Source of the DNA: Burkholderiaceae bacterium
GTDB lineage: Bacteria; Pseudomonadota; Gammaproteobacteria; Burkholderiales; Burkholderiaceae_E
Length of the DNA stretch: 64,000 bases
Assembly: GCA_023954015.1 (NCBI GenBank)
Contig: JAMLIS010000015.1
Span: 9,726-73,725, forward strand
Direction of reading: 5' to 3'
Translations under genes and position numbers: made by a program
Shown: piece after piece, positions 13,260-22,500 of the stretch
Layout: every line of letters begins with the position of its first letter
Numbering within the stretch: position 1 is the stretch's first letter
Notes under the pieces: generated by a model
What the model was told of the DNA's origin: nothing
Seen by the model: the letters and a program-made list of their open reading frames with translations, nothing else
Database searches by the model: none

Positions 13260-14177
13260 ATGACCCCTGGACAACATCAACCGGTCGCCCCGCAACGAAC
13301 AGCCTTTCTCGGACTGGGCGTGATGGGCTATCCAATGGCGGGCCACCTGAAGCGCGCCGGACACCCGGTGGCCGTCTACAACCGCACGGCCGCGAAGGCC
13401 GAACGATGGGTAGGCGAGTACGCCGGCACGGGTGCGGGCGCCGCGACGAGCGCGCCCACGCCGCGGCAGGCGGCGCACGATGCGGACATCGTCTTCGCCT
13501 GCGTCGGCAACGACGACGACCTGCGTTCGATCATGCTCGGCGAGCACGGCGCGCTGGCGGGGATGAAGCCCGGCGCGGTGTTCGTCGACCACACGACGGC
13601 CTCCGCCGAGGTCGCGCGCGAAATGCATGCCGCGGCGGGCGCGCGCGGTCTGCACTTCGTCGATGCGCCGGTCTCCGGAGGCCAGGCTGGCGCCGTGAAC
13701 GGTGCGCTCACCGTCATGTGCGGCGGCGAGCCGGAAGTCTTCGCGCGCGTGCAGCCGGTGATCATGGCCTACGCGCGCGCATGCACCCTGATCGGCGCCC
13801 CGGGGGCCGGGCAACTCGCCAAGATGGTCAACCAGATCTGCATCGCCGGGCTCGTGCAGGGCCTGTCCGAAGGCATCGCCTTCGGGCAGGCCGCGGGCCT
13901 CGACATGAAGCTCGTGCTCGACGTGATCGGAAAAGGCGCGGCGCAGTCCTGGCAGATGGACAATCGCGGCACGACGATGATCGACGACCGCTTCGACTTC
14001 GGCTTCGCAGTCGACTGGATGCGCAAGGATCTCGGCCTGTGCCTGGACGAGGCGGCGCGCAACGGCGCATCACTGCCGGTCACCGCACTGGTCGACCAGT
14101 TCTACAGCGACGTGCAGCGCATGGGCGGCGCTCGCTGGGACACGTCGAGCCTGATCCGGCGCCTGCGCAGGCCCTGA
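13260..14177 (+). CDS. NAD(P)-dependent beta-hydroxyacid dehydrogenase (3-hydroxyisobutyrate dehydrogenase family)
   Basis: Rossmann N-terminus [28 protein letters not shown]. The start is ATG 13260, in the frame of ORF 13113..14177. Confidence 0.85.
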   Translation: MTPGQHQPVAPQRTAFLGLGVMGYPMAGHLKRAGHPVAVYNRTAAKAERWVGEYAGTGAGAATSAPTPRQAAHDADIVFACVGNDDDLRSIMLGEHGALAGMKPGAVFVDHTTASAEVAREMHAAAGARGLHFVDAPVSGGQAGAVNGALTVMCGGEPEVFARVQPVIMAYARACTLIGAPGAGQLAKMVNQICIAGLVQGLSEGIAFGQAAGLDMKLVLDVIGKGAAQSWQMDNRGTTMIDDRFDFGFAVDWMRKDLGLCLDEAARNGASLPVTALVDQFYSDVQRMGGARWDTSSLIRRLRRP

Positions 14178-14218
14178 AAAGGTGTGAACCCTTCCTTACG
14201 GAGCAGAGGAACGAAACG

Positions 14219-14572
14219 ATGACCTACCAGACGACGGGCTCCGGCCTGAAGTACGAAGACATCGTCGCCGGCGGCGGCGACGAAGCGCAGCGCGGCGACG
14301 ATGTCCGCGTGCACTACACCGGCTGGCTCTACGAGAACGGCGCTGCCGGGCGCAAGTTCGATTCGAGCAAGGACCGCGGCGAGCCCTTTTCGTTCCCGCT
14401 CGGTGCCGGACACGTGATCCGCGGATGGGACGAGGGCGTGGCCGGAATGAAGGTCGGCGGCACGCGCCGGCTGATCATCCCGCCGGATCTCGGCTATGGC
14501 GCCCGCGGAGCGGGCGGTGTCATCCCGCCGAACGCGACGCTGCTGTTCGAGGTGGAACTGCTGGGCGTCTGA
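14219..14572 (+). CDS. FKBP-type peptidyl-prolyl cis-trans isomerase
   Basis: 117 aa: [11 protein letters not shown]...[48 protein letters not shown]. Confidence 0.92.
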   Translation: MTYQTTGSGLKYEDIVAGGGDEAQRGDDVRVHYTGWLYENGAAGRKFDSSKDRGEPFSFPLGAGHVIRGWDEGVAGMKVGGTRRLIIPPDLGYGARGAGGVIPPNATLLFEVELLGV

Positions 14573-14705
14573 CAGACGCGGAACGTGGTAGCGGGCCTGC
14601 GTGCGGGCCCGGTTGCCGTGGCCGAAGCGACGCCACGAGATCCGCGGTGCGCCGATGCGCAAACTACAATGCGGTGCGAACCCGCTCGATGCGCGCCTTG
14701 CCTTC

Positions 14706-16505
14706 ATGACCGATTTCCTCGCCGAGGCGAAAGCCGGTGACCCGAGCGCCGGCCCGGCCCCGAGCCACTTCATCCGCACGATCGTCGAAGACGACCTGCG
14801 CACGAACCGCCACGCCGGGCGCCCGTGGAGCGGCCGACCTGGCCCGCTTGCCGTCCAGCGCGACGCCGCGCCCGACCCCGCTCCTCTCCGCACCCGCTTC
14901 CCCCCCGAACCCAACGGCTACCCGCACATCGGCCACGCGAAGTCGATCTGCCTGAACTTCGGGCTCGCGCAGGAGTTCGGCGGACGCTGCCATCTGCGCT
15001 TCGACGACACCAACCCCGAGAAGGAAGAACAGGAATACGTCGACGCGATCATCGAGGCGGTGCGCTGGCTCGGCTTCGAATGGGAGGACGCGCACGAAGA
15101 CAACCTCTATTTCGCCAGCGACTATTTCGACTGGTTCTACGAGATGGCCGAGTGGCTCGTGCAGGCGGGCCATGCGTACGTCGATTCGCAGAGCGCCGAC
15201 GAGGTGCGCGCGCATCGCGGAACGCTCACCGAACCCGGGCGCGCGTCGCCCTTCCGCGATCGTTCGCCGGACGAGAACCTGCGGCTGCTGCGCGAGATGC
15301 GCGACGGCAGGCACGCCGAAGGCACGCAACTGCTGCGCGCGAAGATCGACATGGCGTCGCCCAACGTCAATCTGCGCGATCCGGCGCTGTACCGAATCCG
15401 TTTCGCGGCACACCATCGCACGGCCGACGCGTGGTGCATCTACCCGATGTACGACTACGCGCACCCGATCGAAGACGCGCTCGAGAACATCACGCACTCG
15501 CTGTGCACGCTCGAGTTCGAGGACCATCGGCCGTTGTACGACTGGCTGCTCGAGCGGCTCGCCGAAGGCGGTTTCTTCGCGCGTCCGCTGCCGCAGCAGA
15601 TCGAGTTCGCGCGACTGAACCTGGAATACACGATCACGAGCAAGCGCAAGCTGCAGGCGCTCGTTCGCAGCGGCGCGGTCGACGGCTGGGACGATCCGCG
15701 GATGACGACGATCGCCGGGCTGCGCCGGCGCGGCTACACGCCCGCGTCGATCCGGCTGTTCTGCGATCGGATCGGCGTGACGAAATCCGATGCGTGGATC
15801 GAGATGAGTGCGCTCGAGCAGGCGCTGCGAGACGATCTCGAGCCGACGGCGCCGCGTGCGGTGGCGGTGCTCGATCCGCTGAAGCTCGTCGTCGACAACT
15901 GGCCGGAAGACCGCATCGAAGACTGCGAGGCGCCGGCGCACCCGCAACGTCCCGAGCTCGGGCGTCGACGCTTTCCGTTCGCCCGCGAGCTGTGGATCGA
16001 GCGCGAGGATTTCGCCGAGACGCCGCCGAAGGGTTTCTTCCGGCTGTACCCGGGCAACCGCGTGCGGCTGCGCTACGGCTACGTCGTCGAGTGCACCGGC
16101 TGCGAGAAGGACGCCGACGGAAACGTCGTCGCGGTGCACGTGAACGCCTTCCTCGATTCGAAATCGGGCACGCCGGGGGCGGATGCGTACAAGGTGAAAG
16201 GCAACCTGCACTGGGTCGCGGTTCGCGCGGCGATCGACGCCGAAGTGAGGCTCTACGAGCGGCTGTTCACCGCGGCACAGCCCGGGGCGGGGGGGACCGA
16301 TCCGCTCGACTCGCTGAACGCGGAATCGAAACGCGTGGTGCGAGCGAAGCTGGAGCCGGGCGTGGCCGAGGCGCAGCCCGAGGCGCGCTTGCAGTTCGAG
16401 CGGCACGGCTACTTCGTCGCCGACCGCTTCGCGCACCGGGCCGGGCGGCCGGTGTTCAACCGCGCGGTGAGCCTGAAGGACTCCAGGGCAGGCACCCGAC
16501 GCTGA
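14706..16505 (+). CDS. glnS: Glutamine--tRNA ligase
   Basis: FPPEPNGYPHIGHAKSICLNFGLAQEFGGRCHLRFDDTNPEKEE, and TSKRKL in the position of the KMSKS motif. The start is ATG 14706 (MTDFLAE). Confidence 0.95.
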   Translation: MTDFLAEAKAGDPSAGPAPSHFIRTIVEDDLRTNRHAGRPWSGRPGPLAVQRDAAPDPAPLRTRFPPEPNGYPHIGHAKSICLNFGLAQEFGGRCHLRFDDTNPEKEEQEYVDAIIEAVRWLGFEWEDAHEDNLYFASDYFDWFYEMAEWLVQAGHAYVDSQSADEVRAHRGTLTEPGRASPFRDRSPDENLRLLREMRDGRHAEGTQLLRAKIDMASPNVNLRDPALYRIRFAAHHRTADAWCIYPMYDYAHPIEDALENITHSLCTLEFEDHRPLYDWLLERLAEGGFFARPLPQQIEFARLNLEYTITSKRKLQALVRSGAVDGWDDPRMTTIAGLRRRGYTPASIRLFCDRIGVTKSDAWIEMSALEQALRDDLEPTAPRAVAVLDPLKLVVDNWPEDRIEDCEAPAHPQRPELGRRRFPFARELWIEREDFAETPPKGFFRLYPGNRVRLRYGYVVECTGCEKDADGNVVAVHVNAFLDSKSGTPGADAYKVKGNLHWVAVRAAIDAEVRLYERLFTAAQPGAGGTDPLDSLNAESKRVVRAKLEPGVAEAQPEARLQFERHGYFVADRFAHRAGRPVFNRAVSLKDSRAGTRR

Positions 16506-16515
16506 GCGCGGGCCC

Positions 16516-17163
16516 TCAGCGCCCGAGTACCGCGTCTCCCACGAAGGGATTGTTCGCGCGTTCGTCGCCGAAGGTGGAAAGCGGCCCGTGCCCCGGCACG
16601 AAGGTGACGTCGTCGCCCAGCGGCCACAGCTTGCGCGTGATCGACGCGATCAACGCCCCGGGGTCGCCGCGCGGGAAATCGGTGCGCCCGATCGAGCCCT
16701 GGAACAGCACGTCGCCGACGATCGCCAGGCGCGCCGCCCGGTGAAAGAAGATCACGTGCCCCGGCGTATGCCCGGGGGTGTGCCGCACTTCGAGCGTCTG
16801 CCGGCCGAAGCTCACGGTGTCGCCGTCGACGAGCCAGCGATCGGGCTCGAAACTCGCCGCGCCGCGCATGCCGAAGGTCTGCCCCTGCTCGCCGAGCTGC
16901 GCGATCCAGAAGCGGTCGTCCTCCTGCGGGCCTTCGATCAGCACGCCGTGTCGCTGCGCGAAGGCGCCCGCCTGGCCGCAGTGATCGATGTGCCCGTGCG
17001 TGAGCAGCACCTTTTCCACGCGCGCGGACTGGGCTTGCAGCGCGGCGTCGATGCGGTCGAGATCGCCGCCCGGGTCGACGACCGCGGCGCGCAGCGTCTG
17101 CTCGCAGACGAGCACCGAGCAGTTCTGCTGGAAGGGCGTGACCGGAACGACGAGCAGCTTCAC
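16516..17163 (-). CDS. MBL-fold metallo-hydrolase (glyoxalase II-like)
   Basis: The GTG start (cac at 17161-17163) overlaps the stop of the upstream gene as GTGA. HxHxDH motif THGHIDHCG is present. The long upstream extension of ORF 16516..18945 is rejected. Confidence 0.85.
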   Translation of the reverse strand: MKLLVVPVTPFQQNCSVLVCEQTLRAAVVDPGGDLDRIDAALQAQSARVEKVLLTHGHIDHCGQAGAFAQRHGVLIEGPQEDDRFWIAQLGEQGQTFGMRGAASFEPDRWLVDGDTVSFGRQTLEVRHTPGHTPGHVIFFHRAARLAIVGDVLFQGSIGRTDFPRGDPGALIASITRKLWPLGDDVTFVPGHGPLSTFGDERANNPFVGDAVLGR

Positions 17164-17540
17164 TTGCCGCTCCACGCGTGCGCGCGCAGCGCTTCCATCG
17201 GAACGACGCGCAGCGCCGCCTCGTGCGTCGCTTCGAGCACGACCGCGGGAGCGACGCCCGCCTGCCACGCCTCGAGCCAGCGGGCGGCGCACAGGCACCA
17301 GCGATCGCCCGGCTCGAGGCCCGCGAAGCGCCATTCGGGGCGCGGCGTGACGAGGTCGTTGCCGCGCGCGAGCGAGAAAGCGAGGAAGGCTTCGTCGACG
17401 CGCACGCAGACGGTGTGCTGGCCGGGATCGTCGCTGTCGGCTTCGCAGCAACCGGTGCGCAGGAAGCCGGTGAGCGGGTCGTAGGAGCATGCGAGCAGCG
17501 GCCCGCCGAGCACGTTGCGGGAAGGAATCGTCTCGATCAT
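17160..17540 (-). CDS. DUF2237 family protein
   Basis: 126 aa: NVLGGPLLACSYDPLTGFLRTGCC...GNDLVTPRPEWRFAGLEPGDRWCLCAARW matches the DUF2237 pattern from memory. Confidence 0.8.
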   Translation of the reverse strand: MIETIPSRNVLGGPLLACSYDPLTGFLRTGCCEADSDDPGQHTVCVRVDEAFLAFSLARGNDLVTPRPEWRFAGLEPGDRWCLCAARWLEAWQAGVAPAVVLEATHEAALRVVPMEALRAHAWSGK

Positions 17541-17595
17541 CGATGCAATGCGCGTCGCGAATGCCGTGTCTGCGTCTCTTATACCATCGCCGGGT

Positions 17596-19053
17596 ATGGA
17601 CGTTCGTCGCTTCCCGTTCCACGCATCGATCCCCGAGCTGCTGCGCGCGTTTCACGACGGGCGCGACTCGCCGCCTGCGCTGCTCGAACGCTGCTTCGCC
17701 GCCATCGATGCGCACGAGCACGGGGTCAACGCGCTGCCCACGCGCGTCGATCGCGAACAGGCCCGTGCGGCCGCCGGCGAGCTCGCTGCGCGAATCGCGC
17801 GCCGCGAAGCCGTGGGCCCGCTGGTCGGCCTGCCGTACTGCGCGAAGGACACGCACGCGACTGCGGGACTGCGAACGACCTGGGGCTCGCCGATCTTCGC
17901 CAAGCACGTTCCCCGCGCGAACGATCCGGTCGTGCAGCGAGTGCTCGATGCGGACGCGGTGCTGATCGCGAAATCGAACACGCCCGAATTCGCCGCCGGC
18001 GCGCAGACCTTCAACCCCGTGTTCGGTGCGACGCATCACCCGCTCGATCCGTCGCTCACCGTCGGCGGCTCCTCGGGTGGGGGCGCAGCCGCGCTGGCCT
18101 GCGGAATGACCGTCGTGGCAGACGGCTCGGACCTCGGCGGCAGCCTGCGAAATCCGGCCGGCTTCTGCGGCGTGGTCGGGATGCGGCCCAGTTCGACGGC
18201 GGAGCCGGCGCTGCGCAACGCGCAGAACGTGTTCGGCACGCTGAACCAGATCGGCGCGATGGGCGCGCGCGTGGCCGACCTGCGGGTCGCGCATCGCGCG
18301 ATCCGCGCTCCGCAGCCGCGCCGGCCGCTCGCGCAATGGCTGCAGGCCTGGGACGCCGAAGCGCGGCGGCGCGCGGCACATGCGTCGCATCCGCTGCGGC
18401 TCGCCTGGTCGATCGACTGCGGCGGCTCGATGCCGGTGGCCGGCGCCGTGCGCTCGGCCTTCGCGCAAGCGATCGAACGATTGCGCGACTGCGGCGTCGA
18501 ACTCGTCGAAGCGTGGCCCGATCTTTCGGGCGCCGACGACTGCTTCCAGGTGCTGCGCGCCGAGCACTTCGTCGAGAACTGGTCCGGGCTCTACGAGACC
18601 GAGCGCGCGCGGCTGAAGGACAGCGTCGCCTGGAACATCGCGCAGGGCCTTGCGCTGGACGTCGCGCGAGTGGCCGCCGCGGCGCGCCTGCGCTCGGCGA
18701 TCTTCGAGCGCGTCGCACGCTTCGTCGCCGACTTCGATGCCTGGCTGCTGCCGACGACGCAGGTGCTGCCGTTTCCGATCGAGGTCGCGTATCCCACCGA
18801 GATCGACGGCGAGCCGCTTCGCACCTACATCGACTGGGTGGCGAGTTGCTACCGGATCACCGTGAGCGGCCATCCGGCACTGACGCTTCCGGGCGGGTTC
18901 GCCGCGCGCGGAGCGGTCGATGCGGCGATGCCGGTGGGCCTGCAACTCGTCGGCCGCTTCGGCGCAGACGAAGCGCTGCTCGACGTCGGCGAGCGCCTCG
19001 AGGGGCTGCTCGCGCCGCTGAACGACGCGCGGCCGGCGCTGCGAACGTCCTAG
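17596..19053 (+). CDS. Amidase (amidase-signature family)
   Basis: GGSSGGGAAALACGM and GLPYCAKDTHATAGLRTTWGS are present. The start is set at MDVRRF (17596), so that the gene does not overlap the divergent DUF2237 gene. Confidence 0.88.
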   Translation: MDVRRFPFHASIPELLRAFHDGRDSPPALLERCFAAIDAHEHGVNALPTRVDREQARAAAGELAARIARREAVGPLVGLPYCAKDTHATAGLRTTWGSPIFAKHVPRANDPVVQRVLDADAVLIAKSNTPEFAAGAQTFNPVFGATHHPLDPSLTVGGSSGGGAAALACGMTVVADGSDLGGSLRNPAGFCGVVGMRPSSTAEPALRNAQNVFGTLNQIGAMGARVADLRVAHRAIRAPQPRRPLAQWLQAWDAEARRRAAHASHPLRLAWSIDCGGSMPVAGAVRSAFAQAIERLRDCGVELVEAWPDLSGADDCFQVLRAEHFVENWSGLYETERARLKDSVAWNIAQGLALDVARVAAAARLRSAIFERVARFVADFDAWLLPTTQVLPFPIEVAYPTEIDGEPLRTYIDWVASCYRITVSGHPALTLPGGFAARGAVDAAMPVGLQLVGRFGADEALLDVGERLEGLLAPLNDARPALRTS

Positions 19054-19080
19054 TACGCCGACCGGTTCACACGACGATCG

Positions 19081-19590
19081 TCAGAGCACCAGCGGCCGGT
19101 CGGGCAGCTCGTTCACGTCGGTGCTGCCGACCGCGCGCGGAAACGCCGCGCCGAGCAGGCGGCCGATGCGCTCGATCGCCGCAATCGTTCCGGCCTCGAA
19201 GTTCCCGTGGCGATACGCTTCGCTCGCCGCGTCGCAGATCTCGCGCCAGTATCCGTCGTCGATGCGCGCGGCAGCCGCCCGATCGGCCACGATCTCGACG
19301 GCGTGGTCGGCGAGCAGCACGTAGAGCAGCACGCCGTTGTTCGCTTCGGTGTCCCACACGCCGGTGTGCGCGAACACTTCGAGCGCCCGCTCGCGCGGCG
19401 AGCGCCCCCGCCACACGTCGGCAAGCGGCAGCGATGCCTCGACCGCGAAGCGCAACTCCGCCGCGTGCCCCTGCTCGCTGCGTTCGATCGCCTCCTCGAT
19501 CCGCTGCAGCAGCGCGTCGGGAAATGCACGCCGGGCGCTGAATGCGCCGCATCTCGCATGCGCCCACCAGCGCGCGATCGTTCGGGGCAT
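19081..19590 (-). CDS. TPM-domain protein (soluble)
   Basis: 169 aa from MPRTIARWW (cat at 19588-19590). It is the third gene of a lemA-TPM-TPM arrangement, and the core GVLLYVLLADHAVEIVAD is TPM-like. Confidence 0.75.
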   Translation of the reverse strand: MPRTIARWWAHARCGAFSARRAFPDALLQRIEEAIERSEQGHAAELRFAVEASLPLADVWRGRSPRERALEVFAHTGVWDTEANNGVLLYVLLADHAVEIVADRAAAARIDDGYWREICDAASEAYRHGNFEAGTIAAIERIGRLLGAAFPRAVGSTDVNELPDRPLVL

Positions 19591-19601
19591 CGCCGTCTCC
19601 G

Positions 19602-20558
19602 TCACCAGCCTCCGGAGGCGCCGCCGCCCCCGAAGCCGCCCCCGCCTCCGCGAAAGCCGCCGCCTCCGCCGAAGCCGCCTCCGCCGCCCCAGCCTCCGGG
19701 GAAGCCGCCCGGGCCGGTGCGCCAGGTGTGCCGACCGGTGCGGCCCATCGGCGAACCGGTCGAGAACATCGACAGCAGCACGAGGAAGAGGAACAAGCCG
19801 CCGATCCCCGCGAGCAGTGCCGACGCGCCTCCGACCCACGCGGCAACTCCGCCGAGCGTACCGCCGAGCGCCGAACCGGGCAGGCGCCCGAAGATCGAGC
19901 GCCCGACGAGTCCGACGACGAAGGCGCCCATCAGCAGCGCCACCCAGTCGGTGCCCTGCGACTGCGACGGGGCCTCGCGCGCCTGCCCGCGCCAGGCCGG
20001 CGGCAGCGCCTCGCCGTCGATCAGCCGCGCGAGATCGCCGACGCCCGCCTGCAGTCCGCCGAAATAATCGCCCTGGCGAAAACGCGGGGCGATCGATTCG
20101 TCGATGATGCGGTATGCATAGGCATCGGGAATCGCGCCCTCGAGCCCGTAGCCGACCTCGATGCGCACGCGGCGATCGTTCTTCGCGACGACGATCAGCA
20201 CGCCGTCGTCGACGCTCTGTCCGTCGACCTTGCCGCGCCCGATCTGCCACTGCTCGGCGACGCGGATGCTGTACTGCTCGATCGCCTCGGGCTGCGTCGT
20301 GGGGACGATCAGGATCGCGATCTGCGAACCCTTGCGCTGCTCGAGCGCGGCGAGTTCGGCGTCGAGCGCCTGGCGTTGCTGCGCGTCCAGCGTGCCGGTG
20401 AGGTCCTCGACTCTTCCCTGCAGCGGCGGAACGGCAACGAGATCCCGGGCAAGCGCGAGCGGCGTGCACAAGCACAGGAACGCAAGCGCCACGACGAACC
20501 CGAGCAGCGACCCCGCGACCGCCCGCGCGGCGGCGACGGGGCGCGCCCGGCTCGTCAC
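19602..20558 (-). CDS. TPM-domain (YgcG-like) membrane protein with a Gly-rich C-terminal tail
   Basis: The GTG start overlaps the lemA stop as GTGA (20555-20558). It has a signal/TM segment, the core [57 protein letters not shown], TM helices, and a [22 protein letters not shown] tail. Confidence 0.8.
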   Translation of the reverse strand: [318 protein letters not shown]

Positions 20559-21157
20559 TTCGTCGCGCCCTGCGGCCGGTCGAAGTCGACCGCGGGGGGA
20601 CGCGAGATCGCGCCTTCGTCCTGCACGGCGAACTGCGGCTTGGGCTCGTAGCCGAAGACCTTCGCCGTGAGATTCACCGGGAAACGACGCACGAGCACGT
20701 TGTAGTCCTGCACGGCGTCGATGTAGCGCTTGCGCGCGACGCTGATGCGGTTCTCGGTGCCCTCGAGTTGCGCCTGCAGCTCGCGGAAATTCTGGTCCGA
20801 CTTCAGCTGAGGGTAGTTCTCGACGACGACGAGCAGTCGCGACAGCGCACTGGTGAGGCTTCCCTGCGCCTGCTCGAACTGGCGCAGCGAGCCCGGATCG
20901 TCGGGATCGACCTGCACCTGTCCGACGCGCGAACGCGCTTCGGTCACGCCGAGCAGGACGTCGCGTTCCTGCTGCGCGAAACCCTTGACGGTCTCGACCA
21001 GGTTCGGGATCAGGTCGGCGCGGCGCTGGTACTGGTTGACCACCTCCGACCAGGCGGATTTCGTCGCCTCGTCGGCCGACTGGATCTCGTTGTAGCCACA
21101 ACCGGCCAGGCCGAGCGCAAGCGCGATGGCGCCGAGCACCTGCAGGATTCGCCGCAT
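20555..21157 (-). CDS. lemA: LemA family protein
   Basis: 200 aa. A lipoprotein-like N-terminus (LAGCGYNEIQ) is followed by VVNQYQRRADLIPNLVETVKGFAQQERDVL and VVENYPQLKSDQNFRELQAQLEGTENRISVARKRY. Confidence 0.9.
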   Translation of the reverse strand: MRRILQVLGAIALALGLAGCGYNEIQSADEATKSAWSEVVNQYQRRADLIPNLVETVKGFAQQERDVLLGVTEARSRVGQVQVDPDDPGSLRQFEQAQGSLTSALSRLLVVVENYPQLKSDQNFRELQAQLEGTENRISVARKRYIDAVQDYNVLVRRFPVNLTAKVFGYEPKPQFAVQDEGAISRPPAVDFDRPQGATK

Positions 21158-21263
21158 GCCGTGTCCCCAGTGGAGTGAGCGGAAAAGCAGTCTACCGAAG
21201 GAGCCGCCGGCACCGGCGACCCTGCAGATCCGGCGACTCCGACCGCCGACCGGCCGGCATACC

Positions 21264-21863
21264 TCATCGCCCGGCGCGCAGCGCGGCGAACTCACGACGG
21301 AACTTCGCGAGCTTCGGCGAGATCACGGCCGAACAATATCCTTGATGGGGGTTGCGCTCGTAGTAGCGCTGATGATGGTCCTCGGCCGGAAACCACTCGG
21401 AGAAGGAGACCACTTCGGTGACGATCGGCGCATCGAACACCGCAGCGCCGCCCGCGCCGTCCCGGCTTGCGAGGCGAGCAATGAGGTCGAGTGCCTGGCG
21501 ACGCTGCGTCTCGTCGAGCACGAAGATCGCCGACCGGTACTGCGTGCCGACGTCGTACCCCTGGCGGTTCCTCGTCGTCGGATCGTGGATGGCGAAGAAC
21601 ACGGCGAGCAGTTCGGGGTAGCTGACCCGGCTCGGGTCGAATTCGATGCGAACGGCTTCGGCATGCCCGGTGTCGCCGCTGCAGACCGCCTCGTAATCCG
21701 GATCGGGAACGGTGCCGCCGGTATAGCCCGACTCGACCGAGAGCACGCCGCGCACTTCCCGGAATACGGGCTCGAGGCACCAGAAGCAGCCGCCGGCGAA
21801 GATCGCCACCTGCCGGTTGCCTGCGTCGTCGCCCTCGCCCTCGCCCGCTTGCTGCGTCTGCAT
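21264..21863 (-). CDS. msrA: Peptide-methionine (S)-S-oxide reductase
   Basis: GCFWC active site (FAGGCFWCLEPVF) and GHAEAVRIEFDP. Confidence 0.93.
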   Translation of the reverse strand: MQTQQAGEGEGDDAGNRQVAIFAGGCFWCLEPVFREVRGVLSVESGYTGGTVPDPDYEAVCSGDTGHAEAVRIEFDPSRVSYPELLAVFFAIHDPTTRNRQGYDVGTQYRSAIFVLDETQRRQALDLIARLASRDGAGGAAVFDAPIVTEVVSFSEWFPAEDHHQRYYERNPHQGYCSAVISPKLAKFRREFAALRAGR

Positions 21864-21870
21864 CAGCCGC

Positions 21871-22422
21871 TCATCCCTGGAAGGCGAACGAGCCGAGGAT
21901 GACGCCGAGGGCGCCGGTCGCGACGATCATCGCAGCCCCCGAGCGCACCAGGAACGATCCGCTCTCCTCGGCGTCGACGTCGAGCAGGATGCGCGCACCG
22001 ACCGACAACAGGTAGCCCGACCAGGCCAGCGCGAACGGACTGAGTGCCGCCATCGGAAGCGCCACCGACGCGAGCGACGCGAACCACGCCGGCGCCAGTC
22101 CGAAGAACGCCAGGTTCAGGCTGCGCGCGAAATCCTGCCGGCCCTTGCATCGGGGCGCGAGCAACGTGAAGGCGAGCGCCATCGCGAGCACCGCGCCCAG
22201 CCAGATCGCGAAGAAGATCGGCGCGGTGATCGGTCCGATTCGCGCGTCGGCGCGCGCCGCATCGACGTTGAAGCTGCCGGTGCCGATCTGCAGCGCGAAC
22301 GCGCAGCCCAGCGCCAGCGGCACCGCCAGACGGAAGATGAGCCGGCGCGGCGCCAGCGGCGTCTCGCGCAGATGCCTCCACACCGCGTCCGGCCAGAACA
22401 GCACGAGCAGCAGACCCCTCAT
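21871..22422 (-). CDS. Yip1-like multi-pass membrane protein
   Basis: 183 aa from MRGLLLVLFWPD, with about five hydrophobic helices. It ends 7 nt upstream of the msrA start. The family call rests on overall pattern only. Confidence 0.55.
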   Translation of the reverse strand: MRGLLLVLFWPDAVWRHLRETPLAPRRLIFRLAVPLALGCAFALQIGTGSFNVDAARADARIGPITAPIFFAIWLGAVLAMALAFTLLAPRCKGRQDFARSLNLAFFGLAPAWFASLASVALPMAALSPFALAWSGYLLSVGARILLDVDAEESGSFLVRSGAAMIVATGALGVILGSFAFQG

Positions 22423-22500
22423 CGCAACCTCTCGTCCGGTCGATGCACGACAACCGATTCGAGTGGCGAAGCGCAAGTTGCATGCCCACGCCCTGCCTGA

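Noticed and set aside
16516-18945. 809-aa minus-strand ORF
   Set aside because: Only the last 215 codons (from GTG 17163) form an MBL-fold hydrolase. The upstream part overlaps the DUF2237 gene in another frame and is antisense to the amidase gene.
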